Positions 36,706 to 50,421 of a DNA stretch of 64,000 nucleotides are shown here, in pieces. Source of the DNA: Leucoraja ocellata. Lineage: Eukaryota. Under the pieces are notes generated by a model. It did no database searches, was not told where the DNA came from, and saw nothing but the letters and a program-made list of their open reading frames with translations. Where the stretch lies: contig JAWMAR010001182.1 of the NCBI GenBank assembly GCA_036785375.1, forward strand, positions 62,001 to 126,000, in the 5' to 3' direction. Every line of letters starts with the position of its first letter. The first letter of the stretch is position 1. Made by a program: the position numbers and the translations under genes.

Positions 36706-39700
36706 AACCGACAAAATGTGTGATTTGTTTTTATAAAGATTGCAGCTGGGTGATGGTTGAACTTTAACCACTGCTAGCCGGCAAAATAGGTTTGGAATTT
36801 CCATGAGTTTCAGCATTATATCGAGTGGTCTAGTGATCTGCATTCTGCCCACAGACCGCTGCTGCCTGGATTCGGTTCGTGGTCAGGGAGTAGGGCGGTT
36901 TATATCTGCCTCCAGTGGAAACATTATTAGACCGCGCATCGTTCACTCTGTGTAGTTTCAGCGTCGCCTCCACCACGTGAACAGTCAGCAGCTGATTAAC
37001 ATTAAAATAATGCACTTATGCAAAAAAAAACACAAACATTATTGCTACCAACGGCTAACAATGCCATAATCCCGACAGGATCAGGCGGCCAGGGCTTTCA
37101 GATACAAATTAATATTGAGATTCAGATTCAAACTATATCTCCAAAATCGAAGAAAATATATGCCAACAATGGCCCACAAATCATCTTTTCGAATATGCTA
37201 ACTATACAACGTGTTGTGCATCATGTAAACTACATGTAACACTTGCTCGCGGAATGGCGTGGATATCAGTGCAGTTGGGGAGGAGCAGCCATACATTGAG
37301 AAATCGTAACATTTGGCTGGGTCTTTACATGGAAATGGTTCCGCCTTCACAGACCTCGACTATGGGAAAACAACTGCGATTATTGTGAATTGTGGAATTA
37401 TAGTACGTCACGTTTTTGAATTTCAAAATATACTTTATTCGAGAAATTAATATGTCCAATACATGATCCTTACAAAACCCCATCCGACATTCACGGAGGC
37501 TAAGCATACATCCAATACTGTTTACATAAATTACACAATTTTACCTCCCACCTAATGGGTCACAAGTAACATTAGCAAATTTGCAGATGACACAAAGCTG
37601 GGTGACAGTGTGAACAGTGAGGAGGATGCGGTGAGAATGACTTTGACAGGTGTGGTCAGTGGGCAGATGCATGGCAGCAATTTAATGTGGGTAAATGTGA
37701 GGTTAGCCACTTAATTAATGTGAGGTTAGCCAAGTAATTCCACATCAATGCATTATCAACACATTCCGATGCTTTCGCCCTAATATCTGGAATAACGGCA
37801 CATGCGGTCCCCCTGTCTGTTTTATGGATTTAAAAAATCGCTCAAAATATAACTATTTGATAAAGGACATTCCTTGCTGACATTTATTCCTGGCCATTTG
37901 GCACGTTATGCGTTGTATTTTCTTATCCTTTTCCTCATGAAGTGCCAACAGGTCAAATATATTAATGCCGCTGCTGTCTACAATTGTATTCACACCAAAC
38001 TAGAAAAGGCCACGTGATTGACATCATTTAGACCGCTGCACGGGGACCATTCTCGTTTGTTTGAAGAGGAGCTCCAAGCGAAATCCAGGGATATATTATT
38101 ACTGGGTATATGTCAAGTGAATTCAACAGTGTCTGGGAAGAGCAGTAGAAAGGTTGCAAATACAATATTACATCGCAGCATGTGTTGATAAGTGATCACA
38201 AGGTCATAAGTGATAGGTGCAGAATTAGGACACTAGCCCCATCAAATCTACTCCGCCATTTAATAATGGATGGTCCATCTCCCCCCCCCACAAACACTAT
38301 TCTCCTGCCTTCTCCCCATAACCCCTCGTACTATTCAAGAATTCATCTACCTCTCCCTCAAATATATAAATTGACGTCTTCCACAGACTGGTGTGGCAAA
38401 GAACTCCACATATTCACCATCCTTTATTTAAAGACCTTCGGCTTCCTTCTCCCCCAACGGAACGTCATTCCATTTTGAGGCTATGGCCTATGGTCGTAGA
38501 CTCCACCTCCAGTGGAATCATCCTCTCCACGTCCACTATATGCAAACCGATCACTATTCGGTAAGTTTCAATTTGGACCCCCATGATGCTTCCAAACTCC
38601 CGCGAGTGTCGACAAACGCTCATCATATTTTAACCGACTCATTTGCTGGGATCGTTGTTGTCAACGTCCTCTGGACCCTCTCCGGAGCTGGCACATCTTT
38701 CCTCAGACATGGTACCCACAATTGCTCACAATACTCCAAAAGCGACCTGACCGGTGCCTGATAGTTCCTCAGTATTGCATACAGTACCTGTTTCTGTATT
38801 ATTTCCCTATTGAAATAAATGCTAGCATTGCGTTTGCATTCCCTAATACCAATTCGATTTGCAAATTACCTGGTTTGGGAATCCTGCACCAACACTCTCA
38901 AGTCCCATTGCATCTTCGATTTCTGGACTCTCTCCCCAATTTGGAAATAGTCTACTCCTGTATTCCTACTACCAAAATGCACTACTCCACACTTTGCTTC
39001 TCAATATTCCACCTACCACTTTTCTGCCTACTCCCCCAACCTATCCAAGTCCTTATGTAAAGACCCAGCTTTCTCTACACTACCTGTGTATGGAGCATGC
39101 TGCCGGAGGAGGTAGTTGAGGGAGGTACTGTCGCAACGTTTAAGAAATATTGCGACAGGGACATGGATAAGATATGTTAAGAGGATTATGGGCTACACGT
39201 AGGCAGGTGGGGTGTGCAGAATGGGTACGTTGGTCATCGTGGGCAATTTGGGCCGGAGGACTATTTTTCACGCTAGATACTTGAATTCTATGCCAAGATC
39301 GAAGAACAACAAGTCACCTTCCGCTTGTGCAAGGTACACGTTTCTGGAATTAACATCCGAGTCTTCAATCCCACGCCTCAAGCGGGCAAAGGGAAAAAAA
39401 ATCCTACCATCCACATTCAAATTTACTCGCATTGGTTGCAAGCAAATTGTTCATGAACAAGATGGAGACATTGCCCTCTTTCCGTGTTGTATAACATGCA
39501 ACGACCATTTGCAGTGAGAGTTCGTTCAATATACCCGCCCCACTCGTGATGAAAAGTTGGCACTGCGCCCTTTTAAATGTTTACCGTCTCATTTTAACGC
39601 CTGCCTCTGGTAGAGACCTATATCCGAGGAACCAAATAAAATACCTCAACTGATCTTCACCTTGTCTTATTTTAATACACCATAACTCCTCCAGGTTTTG

Positions 39701-40748
39701 TTCGCTGCAGAGGGATAAGGCTTCTGCATTAGCCAGTCCATGTCACAATTCACACTGTCCAATATTAGTACCATTTGTGTGAATAGAGTTGCATACTCCT
39801 GTGTTCATGTGCTGTACAGCTCATGAAGTTTTTTGTCTGTGAATAGCTTAGGTCGAGTGCAGCAAACATGAAACTTATTTCTTAGGTAAAGGCTTTCTTC
39901 AGAATGATCTATCCCCAAACATGTCTCCTTAACCCATTCAATTAGTTCTATCATCTTGCACATCAACATTCGTGATATCTCCAACGGAATAATGCATTGA
40001 GAAGATGTCGCCCTAATATCTGGAGTAACATCAAAAGCTGTTCACCTGTTTTATGAATTAACACATTTCTTTAAAGGTAACCTGTTGATCAAGAATATTT
40101 CCAGCCGCTGTTTATTTCCAGTCAGTTGTCACGTTACACATTATATTCGCCTATTATTTACTTAATGAAGTGCCAACAGTTGAAATACATTAATGCTGCT
40201 CTTGTATCTGAATTGTATACGATGTCGTCTAGAAGGTTCCCTGTGGTTTACATCATTTAGACCCTGCCAAAAAATGATTATCTTTCCTTTTGAAAGGCAG
40301 CTCCACGGATATTGCAAGATTAAATTATTAATGGGTGCATGTTAAATGAAGGGAACGGTGTCTGGAAAATGCATTGCAAATGCGACAAGTAATATACTGT
40401 ATTACATCGTAGCATGTGTGGATAAATGCTACAATACACGAATTTTGCTGCATCTGTGTGCCACGCGTTAAAATCTAAAAATAGAATGTTCACTCGTATT
40501 TTACAGTTCCTTAGTTCTATTGGTGCTCAACTGGTGCCTGAGTAGTGCGCGGTCGCATAATGAGTTTGATCGCTTTGCATCACCTGGGAGCAAACTATTT
40601 GTTCAACGGTCCACAATAAATGTCCGCGGGGAGGTGAACGCACGCAGTCCTTAAGTTTTTCAAAGAATATAAATATAGCGGTGTTTGACTTCTCACTTTG
40701 ACTCCTATAAGTTTTGCACTGCATAACTGCGGACGGCTTGAAGGAAAA

Positions 40749-43057
40749 ATGAGTTGGAAGTGGCACTTGGAAGTGGAATATTATTATTATCCAATTCTGG
40801 CAGCAATCGGAGTACCCGGTAGGTGAAGGGAACGCAGTAATTGGGACTGAGATGTGGGATGATGTGTTGATAAAGACAATGTCAAAGGTAAAGTGAAAAT
40901 AGTGTGCGAAACACGGGAATGCTAGACTGCATTCTTCAGGTTAGGGCGGTATTAACTAGAACATGTTTGTTTAAGAAATTACTGCAGTTGCTGGAGACAT
41001 CGAATATAGACAGAAATGCTGGATAATTATACAGCGGCTGAAGCGCCATCTATGAAGCGAAGGAATAGGTGACGTTTCGGGTCGAGACTGATCAGTCTGA
41101 AGAAGGGTCTCGACCCGAAACGTCACCTATTCCTTTGTTAAGCTACTTGATCGTTGGTCGTACATTGGATCTGGCACAGGTTAATTCTCTTCAGATTCAG
41201 GTTTAGGTGCATTGTTGTCATGTCTCTCCGGGAGCTGCAAAAAGCTTTGGTTTGCAAGAAATACAAATTAGATCAAATAATATTAAATAACAGTACAAAC
41301 AATTCAATCTCAGTAACAGGCAGTGTAAGAGCGGAAATCGGAGTGCAGAGCGTAGTTCAAGTTTGGAAGCGCACTGCAGCGTATCACTTCCACAAAGCCC
41401 AATGTCCGCAAGGGGATAGAGGTGAAACGGCAACGCCCTGGCATGTGGAAGAGCGGCTCAGAAGCCTGACAACAGAGGGGAAAGAGCTGTTCTGGAGTCT
41501 GGTGGAGCGAGCTTTAAGCCTTCTCCATTTTCTGCCCGACGGAGCAGGAAGTAGAAGGAATGAGCGGGGTGAGACATGTCTCCGTTTCCAAAAGATTGTG
41601 AAGTGCGAACGCAGTCAACAGTGCGAAGTCCATTTCGTGATATGGACCCGGCGTCTTGTGGACCAGGATTATTGTGGAAGGGTGTTACCACTAATTCTAT
41701 CGGTTTATTTTTTAGGAAGTTGAGTATCCATTCGCAAGCTGGTGTGCTGCTCGCTGGGCTGTGGATTTTATCAATGGGTTTGGATGGGAGTAGTGTTGAA
41801 GGCAAGTTCTCCAGCGGAGAAATGGGAATCTTACTTTCGACTCCTTTGTTGCCCGGCTGTTCCCGGGAAGGGTTTAGGTCCAGGACGATGTCGTCTGATG
41901 CGGACATGTTGCTGCAATATAGAGTCTGCGGTGCAACAAGTGTGGCTGGGGGACAGCTCACGCTGCCTGCGTAGACCGCTGCTAACTAATCCGCACAGCT
42001 CCTTGGCCAGCACCCAGGTTTGCATGTGGGCCAGTTGTTTTCGAACAAATAAGCAAAGCGTGCCTTAAATTGATCCCCGCCTCCAAATTAGCATCGCGTT
42101 TCCCTTACATGTAACTACAGTTTCCTCTTTTCTACACCCGCAGTGAACTTGCTGGCAATTGTGATCCTGTCGCGCAGAAATTGTGGTCTCTCCAAATGCA
42201 CCACTCGGTACCTGGTGGCCATGGCGACTGTGGACCTCTCGGTGATCGTCTGCGAAGTGATATTACATCGGATTGCCGACCTTTACTGGGCGCACTCATT
42301 CCTCTTCCACTATACTGTGTGCAGGTTCATTGTGTTCCTCGCTCCCGCGGCCGTTGTCTGTTCTGTTTGGCTCACGGTCGCTTTCACATTTGATCGCTTT
42401 GTGGCCATTTCCACTCAGACTCTGAGAACGAGATACTGCACTGAGAGAACCGCGCTGGTGGTTATAGTGACCCTAACGGCGTTCTTCTGTTTACAGAACG
42501 TCCCCTGGCCTTTTGCGTACAGTTATTATTTCAGGGATCAGCATGGTATACCGTGGGGTTGCCGAATCCGATATCACTTCTATAGCCTGCCCCCGTGGAT
42601 TGCATTTTCCTGGAGTCAACAGCTGCTAGTCCCAGTCATTCCATTTTGTTTGATTATGCTGATGAACGTGCTCACTGTCAGGCGCATTTTAGTGGCCAGT
42701 CGTGTCCGCAGAAAACTCCGCGATCTCAGTGGTGAGGACCCCGAGATCGCAAACCGCAGACGGTCCGTAATTTTACTCCTTGCAATCTCCAGCAGTTTTA
42801 TGCTGCTCTGGGGCACAAACGTGGCATATTTCGTATTCTATCGATGTACGATTGCATTGATGTCCAGGGGGTTGAAGAACCCATTTCCAACATTTGAACA
42901 AACTGGAATTCTGCTACAATTGTTGAACACCTGCACAAACACGCTCATTTACACCGTGACCCAGAGGAGGTTCAGAGAGCATTTGCTCCAGGTACTCATG
43001 TACCCCTTCAGCATAACTGTACGTTTAATAAAATCGAGAAATCCTAGTGTAAAATAA
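40749..43057 (+). CDS. GPR139/GPR142-like GPCR copy 3; exon1 40749-40818, exon2 42144-43057; 327 aa
   Basis: Same exon structure and splice sites; intact 7TM frame. Confidence 0.9.
41097..41124 (+). ncRNA. Minimal hammerhead-ribozyme-like motif (Penelope type) in GPCR3 intron
   Basis: CTGAAGA-A-GGGTC-TC-GACCC-GAAA-CGTC: CUGANGA box, stem II, GAAA box, palindromic ACGT and a GUC triplet; lies inside hairpin 41060-41135. Confidence 0.55.
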
Positions 43058-44904
43058 CATTACATTACTGATCCCTCCGTGAGTCAGTGCAAACACTAGG
43101 TAATGAAGGAGTTTTCTCTGAAATCATTCCGCATCAATTTTCAAATAAATAGTTGAGAAATAGAATCCGAACGCGTCGCCTGCACTGGAAAGCACATTTG
43201 GCCATCTATTTAACATGCGACACGGGCGCGTTGTTCAAAGTGCCCAGTGGGGAGGGCGGCCATGTTTAACCGAGTTCTATGTTGTACTGGAGCAGACCTC
43301 CAATGATTCGGGAATTGAGTCTCGCCGTTAACTGTTTCCACCTTCCTTTGAATCGAGCGGCAACGTCTCCAGCGCGCAATGAAAACAGACATAGAATTAT
43401 GGTCCTAAACATTGCATGCTCCATTACTCTACAATTCTTTGAGACGTCCCATGGTTACGTATGTAAATGCCCAGTGCACAAATGTGTTTAATAAAATTCT
43501 TGCTGCAACATTTACGTTAATGAAAGTGCGATTTTATATTTGTTTCTCGCACTGAATGTAAAGCCTCGTTGCTTCTTCCAGAGGCTTTCGGTTTTCAGTA
43601 CAATTAGTAACTCTGCACCAGATGCAGCCAAAGGTACTGGGTGCTATTCATACAAGTTGGCATTACTAACTATATTTTTAATGCAAGCAGTGTGCAATAA
43701 GCGAGTGTCCAGTAGAGGGCGGTAAAGTGAGTAAGTTCACCTGTGTGGTAAAGATATGCTGAATCTATTTACATTAATGTCCCACCTCCATTGATGCAGC
43801 GCCGATGCTGGAGCTCTGCCTATTTTAGATTCGAGGGAATGCTCAGATAGTCGGATTTATCTCCTCCTGCAGGGCAAGGAAATGTGGGAAATCCATTAAT
43901 TTATTTTCCCCACCGATGGCGGCTGAGATCTGTATAGCTCCAATTTTGAGTTGAGCACTCTCTCCCCAAATCTTCCTCTTCCGACGCGGTAACATTTACA
44001 TTTTTACATATTCCGATTGACGTTTTTCCCCTCGAGTCCGAGACACCTTCACTGAACATTTTATGCTTTATTTCTTGACTTATTACTGATTAAAAGTAAG
44101 TAAGAAGTTTAAAAACGGCAAAAGAATTTGACTTTAAATCGACCAGCTGCTTAATGGCACGGCTAGCAGTGAACAGCGTCCCTGAAGATTTCATCCTATA
44201 TTTCACGTTATTCGCGATTAAAACATTAAAATTGTCAACTTTCACAATATTGTTTACATATTCTGACCCACATTTATCCCCTCCAGGCAGAGAGCACCTT
44301 CGCTGAACATGTGATGCTTTATTTTTCGGCATTACTGATTAAGGTTTTTAAAAATCAAATTACTGTGAAAATTAAAACGGCTAGCTGCAACTGATGACGT
44401 CACGATGGCTCGGCTAGCAGTGATCAGCTTCACATTCCAGAGGGAAAGAATCCAAGTATGACCAATCTCTCCCTGCACCACTAATCCAGCCGCCATTCCG
44501 ATAAATGAGCAACTGCGGCTCTAAAACACGCTGTTCTTATTAAATGTGTCTATCTTGCTGAATTGGCAAATACATTCACTAATTGCTTTGCTACTGGTCA
44601 CCAATTAGTACAGCGTGCTAGTTTAGTTAGTTTACATTAGTTCTTGATATGCGTGGATAGGGTAGACTGTCAGAAATTTGATTTTCCCAACGGTCAGTTC
44701 TAACCGGGATGGCTGGACTGGCATATGTTGAACGAGTGGAGCGACTGAGCTTGTATACACTGGAGTTTAGAAGGATGAGAGGGCATCTTATTGAAACATA
44801 TAATGTTATTGAGTGTTTGGACACGCTAGAGGCAGGAAAATTGTTCCAGATGTTGGGGGAGCCCAGAACCAGGGTCACTGTTTAAGAATAAGGTGTAAGC
44901 CATT

Positions 44905-45680
44905 TAACCATATAACCATATAACCATATAACAATTACAGCACGGAAACAGGCCATCTCGACCCGTCTAGTCCGTGCCGAACACGTATGCTGCCCTAGTC
45001 CCATATACCTGCGCTCAGACCATAACCCTCCATTCCTTTCCCGTCCATATAACTATCCAAGTTATTTTTAAATGATAAAAACGAACCTGCCTCCACCACC
45101 TTCACTGGAAGCTCATTCCACACTGCCACCACTCTCTGAGTAAAGAAGTCCCCCCTCATGTTACCCCTAAACTTCTGTCCCTTAATTCTCAAGTCATATC
45201 CCCTTGTTTGAATCGTCCCTACTCTCAGTGGAAAAAGCTTATCCACGTCAACTCTGTCTATCCCTCTCATCATTTTAAAGACATCTATCAAGACCCCCCT
45301 TAACCTTCTGCGCTCCAAAGAATAAAGCCCTAACTTGTTCAACCTTTCTCTGTAACTAAGTTGCTGAAACCCAGGCGACATTCTAGTAAATCACCTCTGT
45401 ACTCCCTCTATTTTGTTGACATCCTTCTTATAATTAGGCGACAAAAATTGTACACCATACTCCAGAATTGGCCTCACCAATGCCTTGTACAATTTTAACA
45501 TTACATCCCAACTTCTATACTCAATGCTCTGATTTCTAAAGGCCAGCACACCAAAAGCTCTCTTCACCACCCTATCTACATGAGATTCCACTTTCAGGAA
45601 ACTGTGCACAGTTATTCCCAGATCCCCCTGTTCACCTGCATTCTTCAATTCCCTACCATTTACCTTGTACGTCCTATTTA
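44905..45680 (-). mobile_element. CR1 family B 3' fragment
   Basis: ORFs 44995-45381 and 45391-45699; (CCATATAA)n tail. Confidence 0.9.
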
Positions 45681-46235
45681 GATGTAGATGCGGAAACAAA
45701 TATTCACACCGTGTGGTGAGTATGTGGTATTCTCTGCCTCAGGGTGTCGGTTCTCTGGACACTGTCAAGAGAGAGCTGGAGAGGGTTCTTAAAAATATCG
45801 GAGTCAGGGGATATGAGGAGAATGCAGGAACGGGGTACTGATTGGGGATGATCAGCCATGATCACATTGAATGGCGGTGTTGGCTCGAAGGGCCGAATGG
45901 GCTACTGCTGCACATATTGTATATTCAAAGGAAGCTAATCAGCTATATTCCATCTCCGTCCTGTCTGCAGTATCTCCTCTCTCTGCTTCCAGGCCCATAA
46001 ACTAATTTATTGCACAAACACATGTGTTACTTTTTAAGCTAGGGGGGCTCGACTGTGGCAAGTAAATTAACAGGCACAATCCTCGGCAACGTGCAGGATC
46101 GTTTCGTTGAACACCTCCGCTCAATTCGCCTCCAACGCGTCCAATCCCTTAATAATCAATTATGTTTCAAAAATATTCCCTCTCATCCTACTAAATTCCA
46201 ATGTATACAAGCCCAGCCGCTCCATTATATTCACA

Positions 46236-47205
46236 TATTCAGATTCAGATTCAGATTTTGATTCAACTTTAATTGTCATTGTCAGTGTACAGTACAGAGA
46301 CAACGAAATGCAGTTAGCATCTCACTGGAAGAGCGACATAGAATAGTATTCCAATAAATAAATCTATTTACATACATACAGTCATGGTGTTTTTCCTGTG
46401 CGAAGAGTGTCCGGGCGGAAGGAAGGGGTGGGGGTGATTGGCAGTCACCGAGGTACATTGTTGAGTAGTGTGACAGCCGCAGGGAAGAAGCTGTTCCTGG
46501 ACCTGCTTTTCCGGCAACGGAGAGACCTGTAGCGCATCCCGGATGGTATGAGGGTAAACAGTCCATGGTTGGGGTGAGAGCAGTCCTTGGCGATGCTGAG
46601 CGCCCTTCGCAGACAACGCTTGCTTTGGACAGACTCAATGGAGGGGAGCGATGACCCGGTGATGCGTTGGGCAATTTTCACCACCCTCTGCAGTGCTTTC
46701 CGGTCGGAGACAGAGCAGTTGCCATACCATACTGTGATACAGTTGGTAAGGATGCTCTCGATGGTGCAGCGGTAGAAGTTCACCAGGATCTGAGGAGACA
46801 GATGGACCTTTTTCAGCTCCTCAGGAAGAAGAGGCGCTGGTGAGCCTTCTTGACCTGAGTTGAGGTATTGTGGGTCCAAGAGAGGTAATCGGAGATGTTG
46901 ACCCCCAGGAACCTGAAGCTGGAAACACGTTTCATCTCCGTCCCGTTGATGTGGATGGGGGTGTGCGTGCCGCCCCTAGATTTCCTGAAATCTACAATGA
47001 GCTCATTGGTCTTCTTGAAGTTAAGTATTCAGGTTGTTGTCAGCGCACCGTGCTGCTAGGAGCTGGACCTCCTCCCTATAGGCCGACTCATCGTTGTTGC
47101 TGATGAGGCCAATCACCTGTATCATCTGCATACTTGATGATGGTGTTAGTGCCATGTACAGGTGTGCAGTCATAGGTGAATCTGAATCTGAATCAGAATC
47201 AGAAT
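46236..47205 (-). mobile_element. Rex1/Babar-like LINE fragment (paralog of 31580-32360)
   Basis: ORF 46445-46879 NFYRCTIESILTNC..PSGMRYRSL..NSFFPAAV. Confidence 0.8.
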
Positions 47206-49913
47206 GAACATATTTGCTCCTATACACAATTCCACTTGTTATGCAGGCCAGCGTGCAATTAGCTTTCTTCACTGTCTGCTGTACCTGCATGATTACTTTC
47301 AGTGAGTGATGTACAAGGACTCCAATTGATACCCATCACCTTCTCAAGAGCAAATGTTTCCTTCCCGTTCCAGTGAAATATTTCCCCTCTCGCCATGAAA
47401 CCTAATTCCTCTGGTTCTTGATTCTCCAACTCTGAGTAAAGTACAAGATACAAGATACATTTATTTGTCACATGTACCAGTTGGTACAGTGGAATGTGTG
47501 GTCACCATATACCCATACAATAAAATAAAGAACACAACATACGATAGAGTCCAACATAAAACATTCCCACCCAGCATAATCAAAGTTTCCCACTGTGATT
47601 CACGTGTGATTCACGTTGTCCAATCGATAATGATTTCATACACTCAGCCTCCTCCGCCCAAGGAATATAGGCTGAAGATTTCAAAGGTCCGCCGTGGACA
47701 CAGGCCCTTCTTCCTACATAATCTGCGCTTACCAACGATCACCCCATACAGTAGCACTGTACTACAAGCTGACAAGTTACAATTTGCAGATATTAAAAAA
47801 TACGCATTTCGAGTCAGGGAAGAATCCGGAACACCCGGAGAAAACCCAGGCAGTCATCAGAATCATAATCGGAATCAGAATGCGGTTTATTGTCATTATT
47901 TATTTAGCGAATGCAAAGTCCTTTAGCCAAGCGGTTGCCTCTTGATCTGCTGTATGAAGGGTGACAAGTCCTCCTTTGAGTCTTTGTTGAGGACATGCTT
48001 CAATGACGTGTTGCATTGTTTGCTGCTCACCACATGCACATCGTGAGGTTGGACTGCCATTTAAACATAGGTTCAAACGAAATTACGTTCCTGCAGTCAT
48101 AACAACAACAACAAAAACACAATTATCTCAATTGCACACAAACATACATCACAGTGAATCTCCAAACAACTCCTCACTGTGATGGGAGGCAAAAGTATTA
48201 TCTCTTCCCTTTTCTGTTCTTTATTCTTCTTCCGCAGTCTGGCAGTCAAACTGCTGCATCGAGCTGATCGAGGCTTTTGATGTTGGAGCCCCCGGCGGGC
48301 GATGGTAAGTCCCGCGGCCGCGTCGGGCGATAGAGAGTCCTGCTACGGGTCGATTTAAACCCCTCGATTCGAGCGGGAGATGTTACCGTTGCGCAAGCTC
48401 CGAAAAGCGGTCGCCCACCAGGGACCTGCGAGCTCCCGATGTTACCGTCCACAGGGTCTGCGGCCGGAGCCTCAGCCGCCCCGAAGTCGGGTCGCAGCCG
48501 CGCGTCGCCACAGCGCTCCGCGCTCCGACGTCGGCCCGCTCCGCGATGGTGAGTCCGCAGGGTGTGCGACTGGAGCCCCAGGTCGATTCCGATTGGACCC
48601 CGCCGGCTGCACGATGTTAGTCCCCAACGACAACGGAGACTCGACAGGGAAAATGTCGAGTTCGAGTCCCCGGACAGGGAAGAGATTTAAAAGCCCCCCC
48701 CCCCCCCCCCCCCCCCACACACACACCTCCCCCCGCAAACGTCCTCCCTCCACACACACAAACACAGCTAATAAACCAAAACATACAACTAACAAGTCAA
48801 AAAGAAATAAAAGACAGACCGTAGGGGCCTCTGCCGCGAGGCGCCGCCATTTTGTCCAAACGGGAGAATTTACTAAATCGTTACTGTCAGCACCGTACTC
48901 AGGATCTAAACGGGTCTCTGACAGTGTAATGCCCCTGTCCCACTCAGGAATTAGTTTACCTTCCGGTGGGTCTTCAGTGTAAGGGAGCAACTCTCCAGCT
49001 ACGACACTATGCCGCCTAATTTATTCCTACACTGCTCAAACTATCTTTTTTGCGAAGTCACTCGAGGGAGTACAGTAGAGCTATGATCTAGTGAAGGTGT
49101 TGTCATGTTGCTGTTGTGGAGGAATTCCCAGACTATAGCGATGCAGAGAAGTAATTCAGTACCGGCTCATGGAGCAAAAACAGTAATTACTGCATTAAGG
49201 TATTTGCACATTTGTGCAGTCACCCATTGGGAAAGGCGCCAGACCTATTCAAAGTGTTTAATTTTACTTACCTCACGGGCATATCCATCAGGGTATTTAT
49301 TTTTAGCAGTTGCTGTAGCTATGCATCTGGTGTCTAGTGATATATCCAGCGACACAGATCTGGATTACTCAGCAAGGCCCAATGGTGAACTACCCATCTG
49401 CATTACTGATAATCCGCCATTTGCGGTAAATAGTTTGGTTTATTGACTTCCTATTCTTCCCGCGTCCCGGACGATTTTTCTGCAAAAAGTGAATGCCAAT
49501 GACCACCTGAAATTAGAAAGTCCGTCAGGGTGTTGGTGAAGTGGAATTGGTTAACGTAATTGTGACAATTCCGGGCCAGCCAATCCTCCATCCAGTGACA
49601 CCATAGTTTTTCCTGATTAAAACAGAACATTCTGCAGTTATTAACCAGGTTCTCCAGGACTGAGGAGAATGAAACAGAACACACGTTTCAGATCTCTGGT
49701 CACATGTTCTATCCCGCTGTCATAAGAGCTCTTGTAATTATCTGCAGCTAGCGGCTAATGTTATGGAAACGGATTCCGGAGAAGCAGCTCACAGTTGGAA
49801 CAATAAACCACCAGGGCACCTGCACACAATGAAAGCAAACCGACAACTGAGAGAGAACAGGAAAGCAGGCACATCCTACCGCATGAGCGGAGCAGAGAGC
49901 AAGACAAAGGCGA

Positions 49914-49951
49914 TGTTTTTGTAAGGGGCTTAACTTGTTTGCATCACTGTG
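49914..49951 (-). promoter_or_regulatory. RSS (heptamer-22-nonamer) of V2
   Basis: CACAGTG + ATGCAAACAAGTTAAGCCCCTT + ACAAAAACA. Confidence 0.93.
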
Positions 49952-50421
49952 CGCCACAGTGCGCAGTAATAGACTGCAGAGTCGCTGAGATCCAGCCCTG
50001 AGATACTCAAGCTGGTGACTTAGTCGCGGTATTGAGCTCAATAGAGAAACGAGTGTCAGCGTATTGGGCCTTATCTTCATTGTTGCCGGTGTCTCTCGAC
50101 ATAGTAAACTCGGGCTGCATGCCTGGATATTGTCGGTACCAGAATAAAGCATATCCAGTCCATGTGGTATCATAGTTACAGGTTAAAGTCACCGTTTCTC
50201 CTTTTGTCTTCGTCACCGAGGGCAGTGGCTGTGTGACAGATTCTCCGTGAATCGTGACTGTAAAATAAATATATTGAGATAGTAACAGACACCGGAGTAC
50301 CATAAAATTGCACTTCTCAAGCCAAAATCTCACTGAGGAGGGCGAGGGGAACTGAACATATTGATCCAGAATTACCTGTCAGAAACGCTCCCCACACAAC
50401 ACAGATGCCGAGGAAACGCAT
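49952..50421 (-). pseudogene. TCR alpha/delta-type V segment (V2) with a 1-nt deletion in FR3; leader 50421-50376, V exon 50257-49952
   Basis: Leader MRFLGICVVWGAFLT with intact splice sites. The + strand reads gctggtgacttagt (~50011-50024) versus gctggtgaacttagt in V1, so the frame shifts before the second Cys. Could be a sequencing error. Confidence 0.8.

Noticed and set aside
48380-48990. 172-200-aa ORFs on both strands
   Set aside because: GC-rich repeat with a poly-C tract; frames not conserved in the paralogs at 33.4-34.0 kb and 56.0-56.6 kb.
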